Below are positions 31,089 through 41,731 of a DNA stretch of 64,000 bases, in pieces. The translations under genes and the position numbers were made by a program. How positions within the stretch are numbered: position 1 is the stretch's first letter; each line of letters starts with the position of its first letter. This stretch comes from an uncultured candidate division Zixibacteria bacterium. GTDB lineage: Bacteria > Zixibacteria > MSB-5A5 > UBA10806 > 4484-95. The stretch is from the NCBI GenBank assembly GCA_963668625.2, contig CAXXKA010000006.1, forward strand, positions 704,001 through 768,000. Direction: 5' to 3'. The notes beneath the pieces were generated by a model. The model worked only from the letters and a program-made list of their open reading frames with translations. It was not told the origin of the DNA and ran no database searches.

Positions 31089-33425
31089 GTGACAATGAAA
31101 AAACTTTCTACAGTAACCATGCTGTTATTCGCGGCGATTCTTTTCTCCGCGACCGGGGTATTCGCTCAGATGCCCGATTTAGGAACTGTCTCCGGTTCGG
31201 TGGTCGATCAGAACACCAACGATCCGATACAGTACTCAATGGTTGCGGTGATAAACCCGGACGGACATCACCGACCGGTAGCACAAGGCGCTACAGATGA
31301 AGCGGGTAATTATACTCTCGACGTACCGTACGGTGAATATATAGTAGTCGCTCATGCGTTCGAGTATGTACCTGAATACTGGGAAGAGGTTTCTGATCCA
31401 GATGAAGCTACGGCGGTAACGGTCGATGAGGATAGCAATCCCGAGGGGATTAATTTCACATTAGCTGTTTATGAAGGGCCGACATTCGGTACACTCGCCG
31501 GCGCTGTTTACGATGCCGAAACCGAGGAGCCGTTGGCGGACGCCGTTGTTAGTATTCACCATGTGGATAACTATCACGTACACCAGACAACGCGCACTGA
31601 TGAGAGCGGAAATTACTATTTCGAGCAGGTTCTCTCCGGCGAATATATAGTCTCTGCCGCAGCAATAGACTATATTGCCGCTGACTATGAAGAACCTGTC
31701 GAAGTGATCGAGGATGATGTCACCGGTATCGATTTTTATCTTGCGCCGATTTTATACGGTAGTATCTCCGGTATGGTATACGATGCCGCCACCGAAGAAC
31801 CTCTGGCCGATGCTCGTGTTATTGCCCGCATGCCCGGTTACGGAATCAGGGTTGAGGCGTTAACGGCCGAGGACGGCAGCTACACGTTGGCCGATCTGCC
31901 GACCGGTGAGTATGAGCTTCATGCCGCTAAGCAGGGTTATGAGCGGCTCGAATACGCCGAGCCGGTCGCGGTTAACGGCGATGATATAATGGATATCGAT
32001 TTCGGACTGACCTTTATTCAGGTTGGCGGAATCTCCGGTATGGTATACGATGCCGCCACTGGCGATCCGATAGAGCACGCCTTAGTAATGGCTATAGGCG
32101 ATGGCCAGGGTCATCACCACCATCATCGCTGGGCTATCACCGATGAGAACGGCGAATACATGATGGAGTTAACCTCGGGTGAGTACAATATTGAGGTGTA
32201 CGCCTGGTGGTATATGCCTTTCAGTTCCGAGGAGCCGGTTGAAGTGGTGGATGATATCGTTACCTACAATGTCGCGATGAATGGCCTCGAGTTCGGTACC
32301 GTTTCCGGCACCGTTTACAACGATTCGGAAGAACCGATAGAGCACGCTTTAGTTGATATTCACATGGTAGAGGGCCGTATTCATCGCCTTGCCCGTACCG
32401 ATGCCGACGGCAATTACATGTTCGAAAATGTCGCTGCCGGCTCTTACATGGCCCGCGCATTCGCGAGGGGATACGTATCCCAAACACTGGAAGACCCGGT
32501 CGTGGTTGAGGGCGAACAGGATGTCACCGGTGTCGATTTCATTCTCGAAACGTGGGAATCACCTTATACGGGTATAATCTCCGGTGTAGTCACGGATGAT
32601 GTTACCGGTGAGCCAATCGCTGATGCGTTGGTGGCCGCTATTGCTCCGGGACATGGCTGGAGACGTCACGTTGCCAGAACCCACACCGATGAGTTCGGAG
32701 CTTACTCGTTCGATGACCTTCATCAGGATGCCGAGTACAAGATATTCTGTATGGCTATCGATTATAACCCCGAGTTTTTCGATGATAAGTTGAACTGGCA
32801 GGATGCCGATCCTGTTACACCGGATGCTGCGGATATTAATATCGCCCTTACGGCAATTGAGGTTGATCCGAGGACTGTCGGCGGACAGGTGCTCGAGGAT
32901 AACGAACCCGTAGACGGCGCTATCGTGATGGCTATCGTCGATGACGAAGTAGTTGGCGCGGCCGTAACTTTCGCTGATGGTTATTACTATATAGATGGAC
33001 TGGAGCCCGATGAATATACTCTGCAGGTAATCTCTCCCGATGAAAACCAGGGCTCTATCGATATTTCAGCGGTGTTCAGTAGTGTCTACGATGCCGATAT
33101 CGTTTTAGAGGCTACCTCGGTTGACGATGATATCATCGCCATACCTACCGAAACCGGGCTGATTCAGAATTACCCGAATCCGTTTAACGCGACCACCAAT
33201 ATCAGCTTCAATCTCGCTAACGATTCGGAGGTCGAACTGGCGGTTTATGATCTGCTGGGTCGTAACGTTGTTACACTGGTATCGGGTACGCTCGCAGTCG
33301 GTGCACACACTTATACCTGGAACGGCCTGGATAGAACCGGCAATCAGGTATCATCGGGTATTTACCTGTATGTGCTGAAAACCGCCGATCAAACATTGAG
33401 CAACAGAATGCTTCTCCTGAAATAA
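31089..33425 (+). CDS. Secreted acidic protein with about six carboxypeptidase-regulatory-like beta-sandwich repeats and a T9SS/FlgD-Ig-like CTD
   Basis: Repeated GxISGxVYD..T.EP(I/L)..A / T..(D/N)G.Y units; QNYPNPFNATT...SSGIYLY...RMLLLK. Confidence 0.85.
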   Translation: MTMKKLSTVTMLLFAAILFSATGVFAQMPDLGTVSGSVVDQNTNDPIQYSMVAVINPDGHHRPVAQGATDEAGNYTLDVPYGEYIVVAHAFEYVPEYWEEVSDPDEATAVTVDEDSNPEGINFTLAVYEGPTFGTLAGAVYDAETEEPLADAVVSIHHVDNYHVHQTTRTDESGNYYFEQVLSGEYIVSAAAIDYIAADYEEPVEVIEDDVTGIDFYLAPILYGSISGMVYDAATEEPLADARVIARMPGYGIRVEALTAEDGSYTLADLPTGEYELHAAKQGYERLEYAEPVAVNGDDIMDIDFGLTFIQVGGISGMVYDAATGDPIEHALVMAIGDGQGHHHHHRWAITDENGEYMMELTSGEYNIEVYAWWYMPFSSEEPVEVVDDIVTYNVAMNGLEFGTVSGTVYNDSEEPIEHALVDIHMVEGRIHRLARTDADGNYMFENVAAGSYMARAFARGYVSQTLEDPVVVEGEQDVTGVDFILETWESPYTGIISGVVTDDVTGEPIADALVAAIAPGHGWRRHVARTHTDEFGAYSFDDLHQDAEYKIFCMAIDYNPEFFDDKLNWQDADPVTPDAADINIALTAIEVDPRTVGGQVLEDNEPVDGAIVMAIVDDEVVGAAVTFADGYYYIDGLEPDEYTLQVISPDENQGSIDISAVFSSVYDADIVLEATSVDDDIIAIPTETGLIQNYPNPFNATTNISFNLANDSEVELAVYDLLGRNVVTLVSGTLAVGAHTYTWNGLDRTGNQVSSGIYLYVLKTADQTLSNRMLLLK

Positions 33426-33451
33426 AGATTCAGGTTCGAATATAATATCAG

Positions 33452-33480
33452 AAGGGCGTTCATTTTGAACGCCCTTTTTT
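33452..33480 (+). terminator. Rho-independent terminator
   Basis: AAGGGCGTTCA..TGAACGCCCTT + T-run. Confidence 0.85.
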
Positions 33481-33611
33481 ACTTGTATGAATAACTATCG
33501 GTTTAGCCGGTGTGTGCGTTTAGAGCGAGGCGTTGTTTTAACATCAAGTACGCTAGTATAGTGAAAATATGATAATACTTAAGAGAGGGGATGATATTGG
33601 CAGATTTAAGT

Positions 33612-35096
33612 TTACTCTTTTATGTTGATATCGAATGATTCAGCAGCTTTTAAAAATACCTTCACGATTTCGGGATCGAATTGCGTGCCGGAATTCTTCT
33701 CGATTTCCGTAAGCGCTTTTTCAATGCTCTGGCCTTTACGGTAAGGACGATTGCTGGTTATGGCATCGAAAGTATCCACCACTGCCAGAAGTCTACCCTC
33801 GATAGGAATCGCCTCGCCGGCCAGACCGTTGGGGTAACCTTTACCATCCCAGCGCTCATGATGGTTCAAAATATATGGAATAGCCGGTTTCAGGAAATGA
33901 ACTTTCTCGATCATTTTTACGCCGACCTCGGGGTGCGTTTTCATTATAACCTGTTCCTCGGCATTGAGCGGCCCCTCTTTGCTGAGGATGGCGTCCGGTA
34001 CGCCGATTTTGCCGATATCATGAAGTACCGCGCCCATCCGCAACTCTTTCGTTTTGGATTCGTTCCAGCCGAGTATTCTGGCGGCTTGAGTTGTCAGTTT
34101 CCAAACCCTGTTGGTATGCCCTGCAGTGTATTGATCCCTCGCCTCGATTGCGCCGGCCAGGGCCTCGACGGTATCGAAATACGCGTCCTCTAGCTCTTTA
34201 TACAATTTCGAGTTCTCTATTGAAATAGCGGCCTTCGAGGCAAACAGGGAAAGTGTTGTCAGGTTACCGGTAGTATAGCGATGGATATCTTTAGTTCTGA
34301 CCAGGCTAAGAGTGCCTATAGTAGCGCCTTTGGTAACCAGCAACTGGCATATCGCCGAACGTATATGGTTGTTTCCGGTTAGAGCGCTGGCCTCTTTTTC
34401 GTATATTACTCTCGGGCGGCTGTTGCCCAGAACACCCTCGACCATCGATTGCGTGAAGTCTTTCAGTATATGATGAATATCCTGTTCTTTGCAGGTATCT
34501 TCCTCGGAGATAATATCGCCGTTTTCCCTCAAAAGGTGAAGGGCGGCGTAGTCGGCTTTGAATTCCCTGATGACCGTATCGAGTATTAGTTTTATCAATT
34601 TCTCCGGTTCTATCTCCGAACCCATCGCCTCGGAAATCGCATAGTATGACATAATCTCGTTCAAGCGAATGTTTTCTTCCTCGAGTTGATGTTGATGAAC
34701 CGCTCGCTTCAGGATTGCAAACAGGTTCTCCATGGTAAACGGTTTGACCAGGTAGTCGAACGCGCCTTTTTTCAATACCGCGATTGCGTTTTGAATCGTA
34801 GGCTTGCCTGTCATAAGGATAACTTTAGCGCCGGGATGATATTTCTGTGACTTCGTGATAACATCCAGACCGGAACCCTCATCCAAAAGCAAGTCGGTGA
34901 GAACTATCGAAACCTCGTTTTCTCTAAGAACCTTTTCTGCTTCCTTGAACGAATTGGCTAAATACAATTGATAAGGCTGAGTGGATAGCATCTCCTGGAT
35001 AACCTGGAGGATGTTTATTTCGTCATCTACTATTAAAATCGATTCCGGTAATTCCTGAACTTGTTTTATCGAACTTAATATTTGATCAACAGACAA
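33612..35096 (-). CDS. REC-GAF-HD-GYP cyclic-dinucleotide phosphodiesterase
   Basis: ILIVDDE receiver; YTAGH, HDIGKIG, HHERWDGKGYP, DTFDAITSNRPYR. Confidence 0.92.
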   Translation of the reverse strand: MSVDQILSSIKQVQELPESILIVDDEINILQVIQEMLSTQPYQLYLANSFKEAEKVLRENEVSIVLTDLLLDEGSGLDVITKSQKYHPGAKVILMTGKPTIQNAIAVLKKGAFDYLVKPFTMENLFAILKRAVHQHQLEEENIRLNEIMSYYAISEAMGSEIEPEKLIKLILDTVIREFKADYAALHLLRENGDIISEEDTCKEQDIHHILKDFTQSMVEGVLGNSRPRVIYEKEASALTGNNHIRSAICQLLVTKGATIGTLSLVRTKDIHRYTTGNLTTLSLFASKAAISIENSKLYKELEDAYFDTVEALAGAIEARDQYTAGHTNRVWKLTTQAARILGWNESKTKELRMGAVLHDIGKIGVPDAILSKEGPLNAEEQVIMKTHPEVGVKMIEKVHFLKPAIPYILNHHERWDGKGYPNGLAGEAIPIEGRLLAVVDTFDAITSNRPYRKGQSIEKALTEIEKNSGTQFDPEIVKVFLKAAESFDINIKE

Positions 35097-35328
35097 TTTA
35101 TCTCCTTCGCTTATTTCCGTTATCGACAGTTCGGAGCACGCCTTCTAAAACTTATAAAACTTGTTTCGATTTCCTTGTTTAATCGGTTGTATTTTAAAAC
35201 AAGTATTGTAGCCTTACCGTACTGCCCGTCACATTGGTTCTATGTTGAAACGAAATATTCGGATATATACGAAGTGCAGAATTATACTATGTAAAATTCA
35301 CATCTATCGATGAAAACTATGTCTTTAA

Positions 35329-36222
35329 TTATTGATTAATATTTCTGTAATAATCGTCGGTTTGTTTATGCGCCATGTATGAACTTCTAACCAACGGTCC
35401 GGAAACCATTAATCCAATGCCCGCCGCCTCACCGATAACTTTAATTTCATCGAATTCCTCGGGAGTATAAAACCTTCGTACCGGCAAGTGTTCCTTAGAG
35501 GGTGAAAGATATTGTCCAATCGTAAATATTTTACATCCGCAATCGGCTGCATCCTCGAGAACTTTTTTCACCTGGTTGATATTTTCGCCCAAGCCAACCA
35601 TCATACCCGACTTAACGATAGATTCCTTACCGTTTTCGGAGGCGTACTTCAAGACATCGAGCGAACGCTCATAATTTGCTTGCGGCCGGGCACTCGAATA
35701 CAATTCAGGAACCGTTTCGAGATTGTGCGCCAAAACGTCCGGTTCGGCATTGATAACGATATCCAGGGATTTTCTATCGGCCTTAAGGTCGGGAATCAAA
35801 ACCTCGACTTTACAATTTTGGTTACGTTCTTTTGTCAGCCTTATCATATCGGCGAAAATGCCCGCGCCGCCGTCGGATAGATCATCGCGGGTAACGGAGG
35901 TTACAACCACATAGCGAAGATTAAGTTTGTTCACTGCCTCGGCTATTCGGGAGGGTTCCTCACAATCGACAGGGGAGGGTTTACCGGGGTGGACATCGCA
36001 GAACCGACAATTACGCGTGCATTTATCCCCCAGTATGATGAATGTAGCGGTACGCGCCGAGAAACACTCGCCGATATTCGGACAACTGGCCTCCTGGCAT
36101 ACCGTGTGAAGATTCATGTTTTTGATAAGCGCTTTTACCTCGGTGAAAGTCTCCCCGAAATTTGCCTTGATTTTCAACCACGGTGGCTTGCGCATGTTGT
36201 TGTATTCAGGGTCGTTGGCCAT
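35329..36222 (-). CDS. lipA: Lipoyl synthase
   Basis: CQEASCPNIGEC, CTRNCRFC, RSSY. Confidence 0.96.
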   Translation of the reverse strand: MANDPEYNNMRKPPWLKIKANFGETFTEVKALIKNMNLHTVCQEASCPNIGECFSARTATFIILGDKCTRNCRFCDVHPGKPSPVDCEEPSRIAEAVNKLNLRYVVVTSVTRDDLSDGGAGIFADMIRLTKERNQNCKVEVLIPDLKADRKSLDIVINAEPDVLAHNLETVPELYSSARPQANYERSLDVLKYASENGKESIVKSGMMVGLGENINQVKKVLEDAADCGCKIFTIGQYLSPSKEHLPVRRFYTPEEFDEIKVIGEAAGIGLMVSGPLVRSSYMAHKQTDDYYRNINQ

Positions 36223-36224
36223 GG

Positions 36225-36674
36225 CTAATCGGCCTCCATTGTAGATGGTTGATCTTCATCCAAAATGTCATCGACCGCCAAGCGCGAATTTAACGTTTTG
36301 TAAACCGGGCAGCGTTTGGCTATCTCTAGCAAACGAGTACGCTGGTCATCGGTCAAATCGCCTATCAATTTTATCTTATTAGTGATTTTATGAAGGAACT
36401 TGTCGTTATCGGCGCATTCCTGGCAGTCTTTGTCATAGATTCTTTTGTAGCTCAGATTGACCTCGACGCTATCGAGTGGAATACCTTTGTGGCGAGCGTA
36501 AATTTTCAATGTCATCGAGGTGCAGCTTCCCAGGGCCGCCAGTAGAAGGTCATAGGGGTTTGGCCCGAGGCCATCCCCCTTGAGTTTTACCGGCTCATCG
36601 GAGATAAAAGAATGTTCCTCGGTTATCACCTGTTGCTGAAGGTTTTTAATATGTTTGACTGTTACGCTTCCCAT
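36225..36674 (-). CDS. OsmC/YhfA-family protein
   Basis: GPNPYDLLLAALGSCT, RCPVYKTL. Confidence 0.9.
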   Translation of the reverse strand: MGSVTVKHIKNLQQQVITEEHSFISDEPVKLKGDGLGPNPYDLLLAALGSCTSMTLKIYARHKGIPLDSVEVNLSYKRIYDKDCQECADNDKFLHKITNKIKLIGDLTDDQRTRLLEIAKRCPVYKTLNSRLAVDDILDEDQPSTMEAD

Positions 36675-36681
36675 GACAGCC

Positions 36682-37602
36682 TCAATCGTTCCAGGCTTCG
36701 AGATATTTATCCGCCGCTACGGCCGCCGTAGTGCCATCCCCGACAGCATTGGTGACCTGCTTGCAAAGCTGCTTGCGCACATCACCGATAGCGTACAAGC
36801 CTTCAACGTTGGTTTGCATGTTGGTATCGGTAATTATATAGCCGCCTTCGTCTTTCTTGATCTCGAAATCGAATAAATCGGAGTTCGGCGTAAACCCGAT
36901 AAAAGGGAAGAGAGCGCCAACGGGCAGATTAGTAGTCTCGCCGGTTTTGACATTTTTAATATCGATTGATTTGATGGTATCATCACCGTTTACTTTGGCG
37001 ACCACGCTATCCCAGATAAATTCTATCTTATCGTTAGCGAAAGCGCGTTTCTGGATTACCTTCTGGGCGCGTAGCTCATCACGGCGATGTATTATATATA
37101 CTTTCGAACCGAATTTGGTGAGGTACATGCCCTCCTCGACAGCGGCATCACCGCCACCGGCTACGGCTATAACCTGGCCTTTGAAAAAAGCGCCGTCGCA
37201 AATCGCGCAGTATGATACGCCTCGGCCGCTGTACTCTTTCTCGCCGGGTACGCCTAACAAACGAGGCGCGCCGCCGGTAGCGATTATTACGGCTTTAGCC
37301 TTATAGGTTTCGCTGTCAGCCTCGATAATTTTATACCTGCCGTCCAGTTTGATTTTATTGACATTATCGAAACCGATTTTAAGTCCGAATTTAACAGCGT
37401 GATTTTCGATTTTCTTGGCCAGCTCAGCTCCGGATATCGACTCGAAACCGGGGTAGTCCTCAACCAGCTCGGTATTGGCGATCTGGCCGCCCGGCATCAG
37501 TTTTTCCAGCGCCAGGGTATCGAGTTCCGATCTCGCCGAATACATTCCCGCGGTCAAGCCGCCCGGTCCACCACCTACTATTATCACATCATGTTCTTTC
37601 AT
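36682..37602 (-). CDS. trxB: Thioredoxin reductase
   Basis: GGGPGG, GVSYCAICDG, GGGDAA, HRRDELRA, AIGDV. Confidence 0.95.
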   Translation of the reverse strand: MKEHDVIIVGGGPGGLTAGMYSARSELDTLALEKLMPGGQIANTELVEDYPGFESISGAELAKKIENHAVKFGLKIGFDNVNKIKLDGRYKIIEADSETYKAKAVIIATGGAPRLLGVPGEKEYSGRGVSYCAICDGAFFKGQVIAVAGGGDAAVEEGMYLTKFGSKVYIIHRRDELRAQKVIQKRAFANDKIEFIWDSVVAKVNGDDTIKSIDIKNVKTGETTNLPVGALFPFIGFTPNSDLFDFEIKKDEGGYIITDTNMQTNVEGLYAIGDVRKQLCKQVTNAVGDGTTAAVAADKYLEAWND

Positions 37603-37614
37603 CGCATCCTCCGC

Positions 37615-38160
37615 TTAGTAATCTATTCCCTTCTGGGCTAAAATACCCTTCTGGTATGGGTGTTTAATTTCTTTCATCTCGGTGACAAGATCAGCCCGCT
37701 CTATCAGCTCCGGATCGGCGCCTCTGCCGGTAATCACGATATCCATGAGCTCGGGTTTTCTCTCCAGCATCTCCAGTACGTCGTCTATATCGATTAAGCC
37801 TATCGAAACGGCTACGTTCAGCTCATCTAAAATAAGTATATCGTATTTACCTGAAAGCATCAATTCTTCGGCGAGTTTCAGGGTTTCCTCGGCGGCTTTC
37901 TCATGCTCGGAACGGGGGAGATTGTCATCGATAATGCCCACGAAACCTTTGCCGCCCGTGATCATCTCGACATTAGGGGCGAGCTTTTTGATGCCGTCCA
38001 GTTCTCCGTAATGCCAGCTACCTTTTACAAATTGAACGATTGCCACTTTCTTATCATAACCGACAGCGCGCACGCAAATGCCCAGCGCCGCCGTTGTTTT
38101 GCCCTTGCCATCGCCGGTGTTTACCAGTATCAATCCTATTTTCTTCTCTTCATCAGCCAT
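37615..38160 (-). CDS. cobO: Corrinoid adenosyltransferase (BtuR/CobO)
   Basis: TGDGKGKTTAALG, ILDE, ITGR, ADLVTEM..IKHPY..G. Confidence 0.92.
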   Translation of the reverse strand: MADEEKKIGLILVNTGDGKGKTTAALGICVRAVGYDKKVAIVQFVKGSWHYGELDGIKKLAPNVEMITGGKGFVGIIDDNLPRSEHEKAAEETLKLAEELMLSGKYDILILDELNVAVSIGLIDIDDVLEMLERKPELMDIVITGRGADPELIERADLVTEMKEIKHPYQKGILAQKGIDY

Positions 38161-38521
38161 TTATCCACCTTTCAATTTATTTTTTAACACCGACAGGCGG
38201 TTAAAAGTTTCGAGCCCGTTTTCCGTTTTCGGCCCGGCGCATTAAGTATAAAACCAGGTGCAAGTTACATCAACGGAATGCGCAAGTCAAGGAATGTGCT
38301 AATACATTGAGGAGGTTTGTGATTACCTGTTGGAGTACGGGGATGTACTCCAACCACGAAACGTTTATCCTGGCGGTCATAATGAGGAGTTGGAGAGGGC
38401 GCGCTTATGGGACACCCTCGGGATAAGCTCCTGCCACGATAATTCTAATAGCATGAAACCTATCGATAACTCCCAAATATATACGATTGACAGCCCCTGC
38501 TCTTAAATCTATATTCTGCCT

Positions 38522-39454
38522 ATGAAAATTATCACCGATGATCTCGATCATGCCGGAAAATTCTGCGAATCCCGAGTTAGCTGGAGTAAATATGATCCTG
38601 TATCTGATATTGCTATAAAACCGCTTGTCGAACGGTTGTTCGTCGGCAATGAGCTATTTTCGGCAGAATCCCCTGCTAAAAGCGGCTGGAATTACCTTCT
38701 GATAGTGAAGTCGTCTCAATATTCGCAATATGATACTGTCAACGATATCTTCAGAAATAATATTAACCTGCCGCATGGGATACTATGTGTCGCTGGTGCG
38801 GGATCGAAATTCCACGGCTTCAGGGACAGACACTGGGTTTCACCCGCCGGCAATATATATCTGACCGCCTCGGTTACGCCCAATTGCCCTATTCCTAATT
38901 TCGGCGCGGGATTTTTGTCGCTGGCGGCGGTTTCGGTGGTGCAGACCATCGACACTATCGCGGGGCTCGAGCGCAAGGCCGGTATCAAATGGGTTAATGA
39001 TATCCTTATCGATGGCGCTAAAGTATGCGGCGTGTTGGCGCAGGCTCAACATGAGGGAGAGGCGGTAACCTCGGCGACTATGGGCATAGGCTTGAATGTA
39101 CTCACGACGCCTGATATCGAGCAAACCCCGTTCGTGCCGAGAGCGGCTTCGCTTTCCGATTTCGTTGATATACATGAACCGTCGTTGCTGGCGAGCGCTT
39201 TTACTGCTCTTATTCATAATTTATACGATAATTACGCAAAATTGCTTAAGGATGGTTATTCCGGTCTGCTCGATTCGTACAGGGAACGTTCGCTGATTAT
39301 CGGTCGAGAGGTTGAGATATGTGCCGACTTGAACTCACCCGAAATACAAGTTGAACATACGGGGATAGTTGAACGTATCGGCGAGAACCTAGAGCTTTAC
39401 ATTAAAGGAGCGCCCGGGTCGATCGGCCGGGGGAGATTAGCGTTAAAATTGTAG
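38522..39454 (+). CDS. Divergent biotin-protein-ligase-family protein (no HTH)
   Basis: WVSPAGNIY, IKWVNDILIDGAKVCGVL, GIGLNV; GRGR loop replaced. Confidence 0.75.
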   Translation: MKIITDDLDHAGKFCESRVSWSKYDPVSDIAIKPLVERLFVGNELFSAESPAKSGWNYLLIVKSSQYSQYDTVNDIFRNNINLPHGILCVAGAGSKFHGFRDRHWVSPAGNIYLTASVTPNCPIPNFGAGFLSLAAVSVVQTIDTIAGLERKAGIKWVNDILIDGAKVCGVLAQAQHEGEAVTSATMGIGLNVLTTPDIEQTPFVPRAASLSDFVDIHEPSLLASAFTALIHNLYDNYAKLLKDGYSGLLDSYRERSLIIGREVEICADLNSPEIQVEHTGIVERIGENLELYIKGAPGSIGRGRLALKL

Positions 39455-39534
39455 ACCGCTGGACCGGCGTGAAAAAAGAGGGATCCAACCTCCTGAATCC
39501 CTCCGAGCGAATTTAGACAACGGGAGCGTTACCC

Positions 39535-39969
39535 TCATTCACAACAAATTCTTATCGCCTCTTTTTCATCATCTACATCGATACAGGTTTCCGATAGGGC
39601 GTTTAGCATCTTATCCAGCGATTCGCTGTTTAGCTCATCGATATTGAAATCGACTCCTTTTTCCCCCAGCGCGCCGTTGACTTTATCCTTGGCCGATTTG
39701 GGAATCATCGAGGATAATTTGGCCCCTGCTTTAATCAAACCCAGGGGAATTTTTATATTAACTTTCTCCTTGCGGCCGTCTTTTGGCTCGACAATTACCC
39801 TGAAATATTTTAATTTTTTGGTGGATGAGCCGGTTTTCTCCTCGGATTTCTCCTCATTGGGCGAGCTATCCGAGGTACTTTCTATAGCGTCCAGAAGCTT
39901 TTCCGCCTCTTCAGCGGTTATTTTACCCGCGGCTAACATCTCCAATACTTTCATTCTTTCCTGGGACAT
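39535..39969 (-). CDS. SHOCT-like/YvlB-type protein (DUF2089 partner)
   Basis: ERMKVLEMLAAGKITAEEAEKLL; KVNIKIPL. Confidence 0.75.
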   Translation of the reverse strand: MSQERMKVLEMLAAGKITAEEAEKLLDAIESTSDSSPNEEKSEEKTGSSTKKLKYFRVIVEPKDGRKEKVNIKIPLGLIKAGAKLSSMIPKSAKDKVNGALGEKGVDFNIDELNSESLDKMLNALSETCIDVDDEKEAIRICCE

Positions 39970-40000
39970 AAATCCTCCTGTCTAATTAATATCGAACCGT

Positions 40001-40369
40001 TTACCTCTTGCGTTCCTTTAACACTTTTAAAGCGTCCTCGACACTCATCTCACCTTTATCCAACTGCTCCAAAACATCCGAGGCCGGGGAAGAGATATCG
40101 ACTTGCACGAGATCGAGTTTGGCGGTAATCCTGTTGAGCCGGTTTTTGATAGTCGGGTAGCTGACACCGAATACTTTCTCCATCTGTTTGATAGAGCCAT
40201 GATATTGAATGAACGCCGCCACGAATACTTGATCCTCAGCCGATAGCCTGGCCAGTGGTGGAAGCTCGAACTCGCCCTCAATAGCGATATCATCATCCTT
40301 GATCCGCACCCGCTCGACAGCCATTTCTTTACCGTTGCTTATTTTGATCAGGTATTGCCAGTCTTTCAT
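40001..40369 (-). CDS. DUF2089-family HTH protein
   Basis: IEGEF, GSIKQMEKVFGVSYPTIKNRL, C-terminal SHOCT-like helix. Confidence 0.85.
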   Translation of the reverse strand: MKDWQYLIKISNGKEMAVERVRIKDDDIAIEGEFELPPLARLSAEDQVFVAAFIQYHGSIKQMEKVFGVSYPTIKNRLNRITAKLDLVQVDISSPASDVLEQLDKGEMSVEDALKVLKERKR

Positions 40370-40571
40370 TGTATTTCCTCCATGTTCTATAGGTAATACT
40401 GATAATAATTAATAAAGTTGCATAAATAAATCAATAATATTAATAATAATATAATTATAATTGATAAAATTAATTATTGCGATTGGGGGAATTGTAGGCC
40501 AAAAGAAAAGCCCCGACTTATGCCGGGGCTGAAGCTACGAATTATCAGTATCTTACGGAAATACCGATGAT

Positions 40572-40844
40572 TTAGTATCTGTTACGATAGTTGTCGCGTC
40601 TGGGTTTATCCTGGCGCGGACGGGCTTCGTCAATTTTTAATGTGCGACCTTCGAAATCCTGACCATTCAAAGCTTCTTTAGCTTTTTCGGCCTCATCCGG
40701 GGTGCCCATCTCGACAAATCCAAATCCTTTGCCATCGATAATGTTGACTCTTTTAACTTCGCCGTAATTAGCGAAAAGCTCTTCCAACTGGCTGTTGTTT
40801 ACAGCGTAATTAAGATTACCAACATACAGATTGTTGCCTTGCAC
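40572..40844 (-). CDS. RRM RNA-binding protein
   Basis: RNP2 LYVGNL, RNP1 KGFGFVEM; terminator hairpin at 40506-40530. Confidence 0.93.
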   Translation of the reverse strand: MQGNNLYVGNLNYAVNNSQLEELFANYGEVKRVNIIDGKGFGFVEMGTPDEAEKAKEALNGQDFEGRTLKIDEARPRQDKPRRDNYRNRY

Positions 40845-41234
40845 TTTTACCTCTTCTTCTGCTTATTCCCTTCGAATAATGCTTCATTTCCAGGTAGAAG
40901 TGAAGAACATTCTAGACCATTTAACGAAAACATTTTCTTCGAGAATCCCTTAATGGTTACTGTTAAAATGAAAATATTAAATGAATATGCCCCTATCGAA
41001 AGTTATTACAAAAAAAACTATCATTTCAAAAATTAAGGTAATTAACCCTTTTTACTTTGTCAAGTAATTGTTTTGTTAACTTTTTGCTTTTTTAGCGGGT
41101 TCCGATAGTTCGATTCCCGGTTAAAAATTAGCTAACATTCATCATTTTGATTATTTTTATCGGCATATCAAGGATTAAAGTAACATAAAATACAGTTAAG
41201 TCCATTAAGCTTCAGCCCAGTATGTCCGGCAATA

Positions 41235-41690
41235 TTAATCCTTATCTATATAGAATACATAGACTTTCTCGATATTTGGTTCAGGCGGAAAATCAGCTAT
41301 AGTCGGCGGATTCTGCTGGTAATCGACACATTTGACTATCCCATTGTTATCCTTGGCCAGTACCACCATATGGCCTGATTTGGTATTTTTCCTCGTGTAG
41401 GCTAATCCGAGGCCGCAGCCGCGCGGCATATTGAGTATCACCTGGTTATAGAAATTCCCGCCCTCGTTATATGCCCGGTATGCGATATTATCCATACCTC
41501 CCTCGGCAAACAAGTTTATGATATCATCCAGCGTCGCGAAATCATCCTGCATGATTTCGCAATCCTTAAAAAACTGCTCTACTGTTTGGTTGCGCAATGC
41601 AGCGACCGTACAGTAGTAGCAGTTTTTATCCAGACCGTAAGTGTTCGAGGTCGTGTTTATATCCAGTATCGGTTTAAATGCTTTTGGCAT
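41235..41690 (-). CDS. Stand-alone papain-fold (Tox-PL/Gln-deamidase-like) enzyme
   Basis: NCYYCTVAA (Cys), SGHMVV (His), VDYQ (Asp/Gln); RBS GGAGG. Confidence 0.6.
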   Translation of the reverse strand: MPKAFKPILDINTTSNTYGLDKNCYYCTVAALRNQTVEQFFKDCEIMQDDFATLDDIINLFAEGGMDNIAYRAYNEGGNFYNQVILNMPRGCGLGLAYTRKNTKSGHMVVLAKDNNGIVKCVDYQQNPPTIADFPPEPNIEKVYVFYIDKD

Positions 41691-41731
41691 GGTTTCCTCC
41701 TGTTAAAACGTGATTATTTTTTCGGTTCACG

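Noticed and set aside
38165-38480. Cobalamin riboswitch upstream of cobO
   Set aside because: No recognisable B12-box or GCCACTG core on the minus strand; only REP-like hairpins
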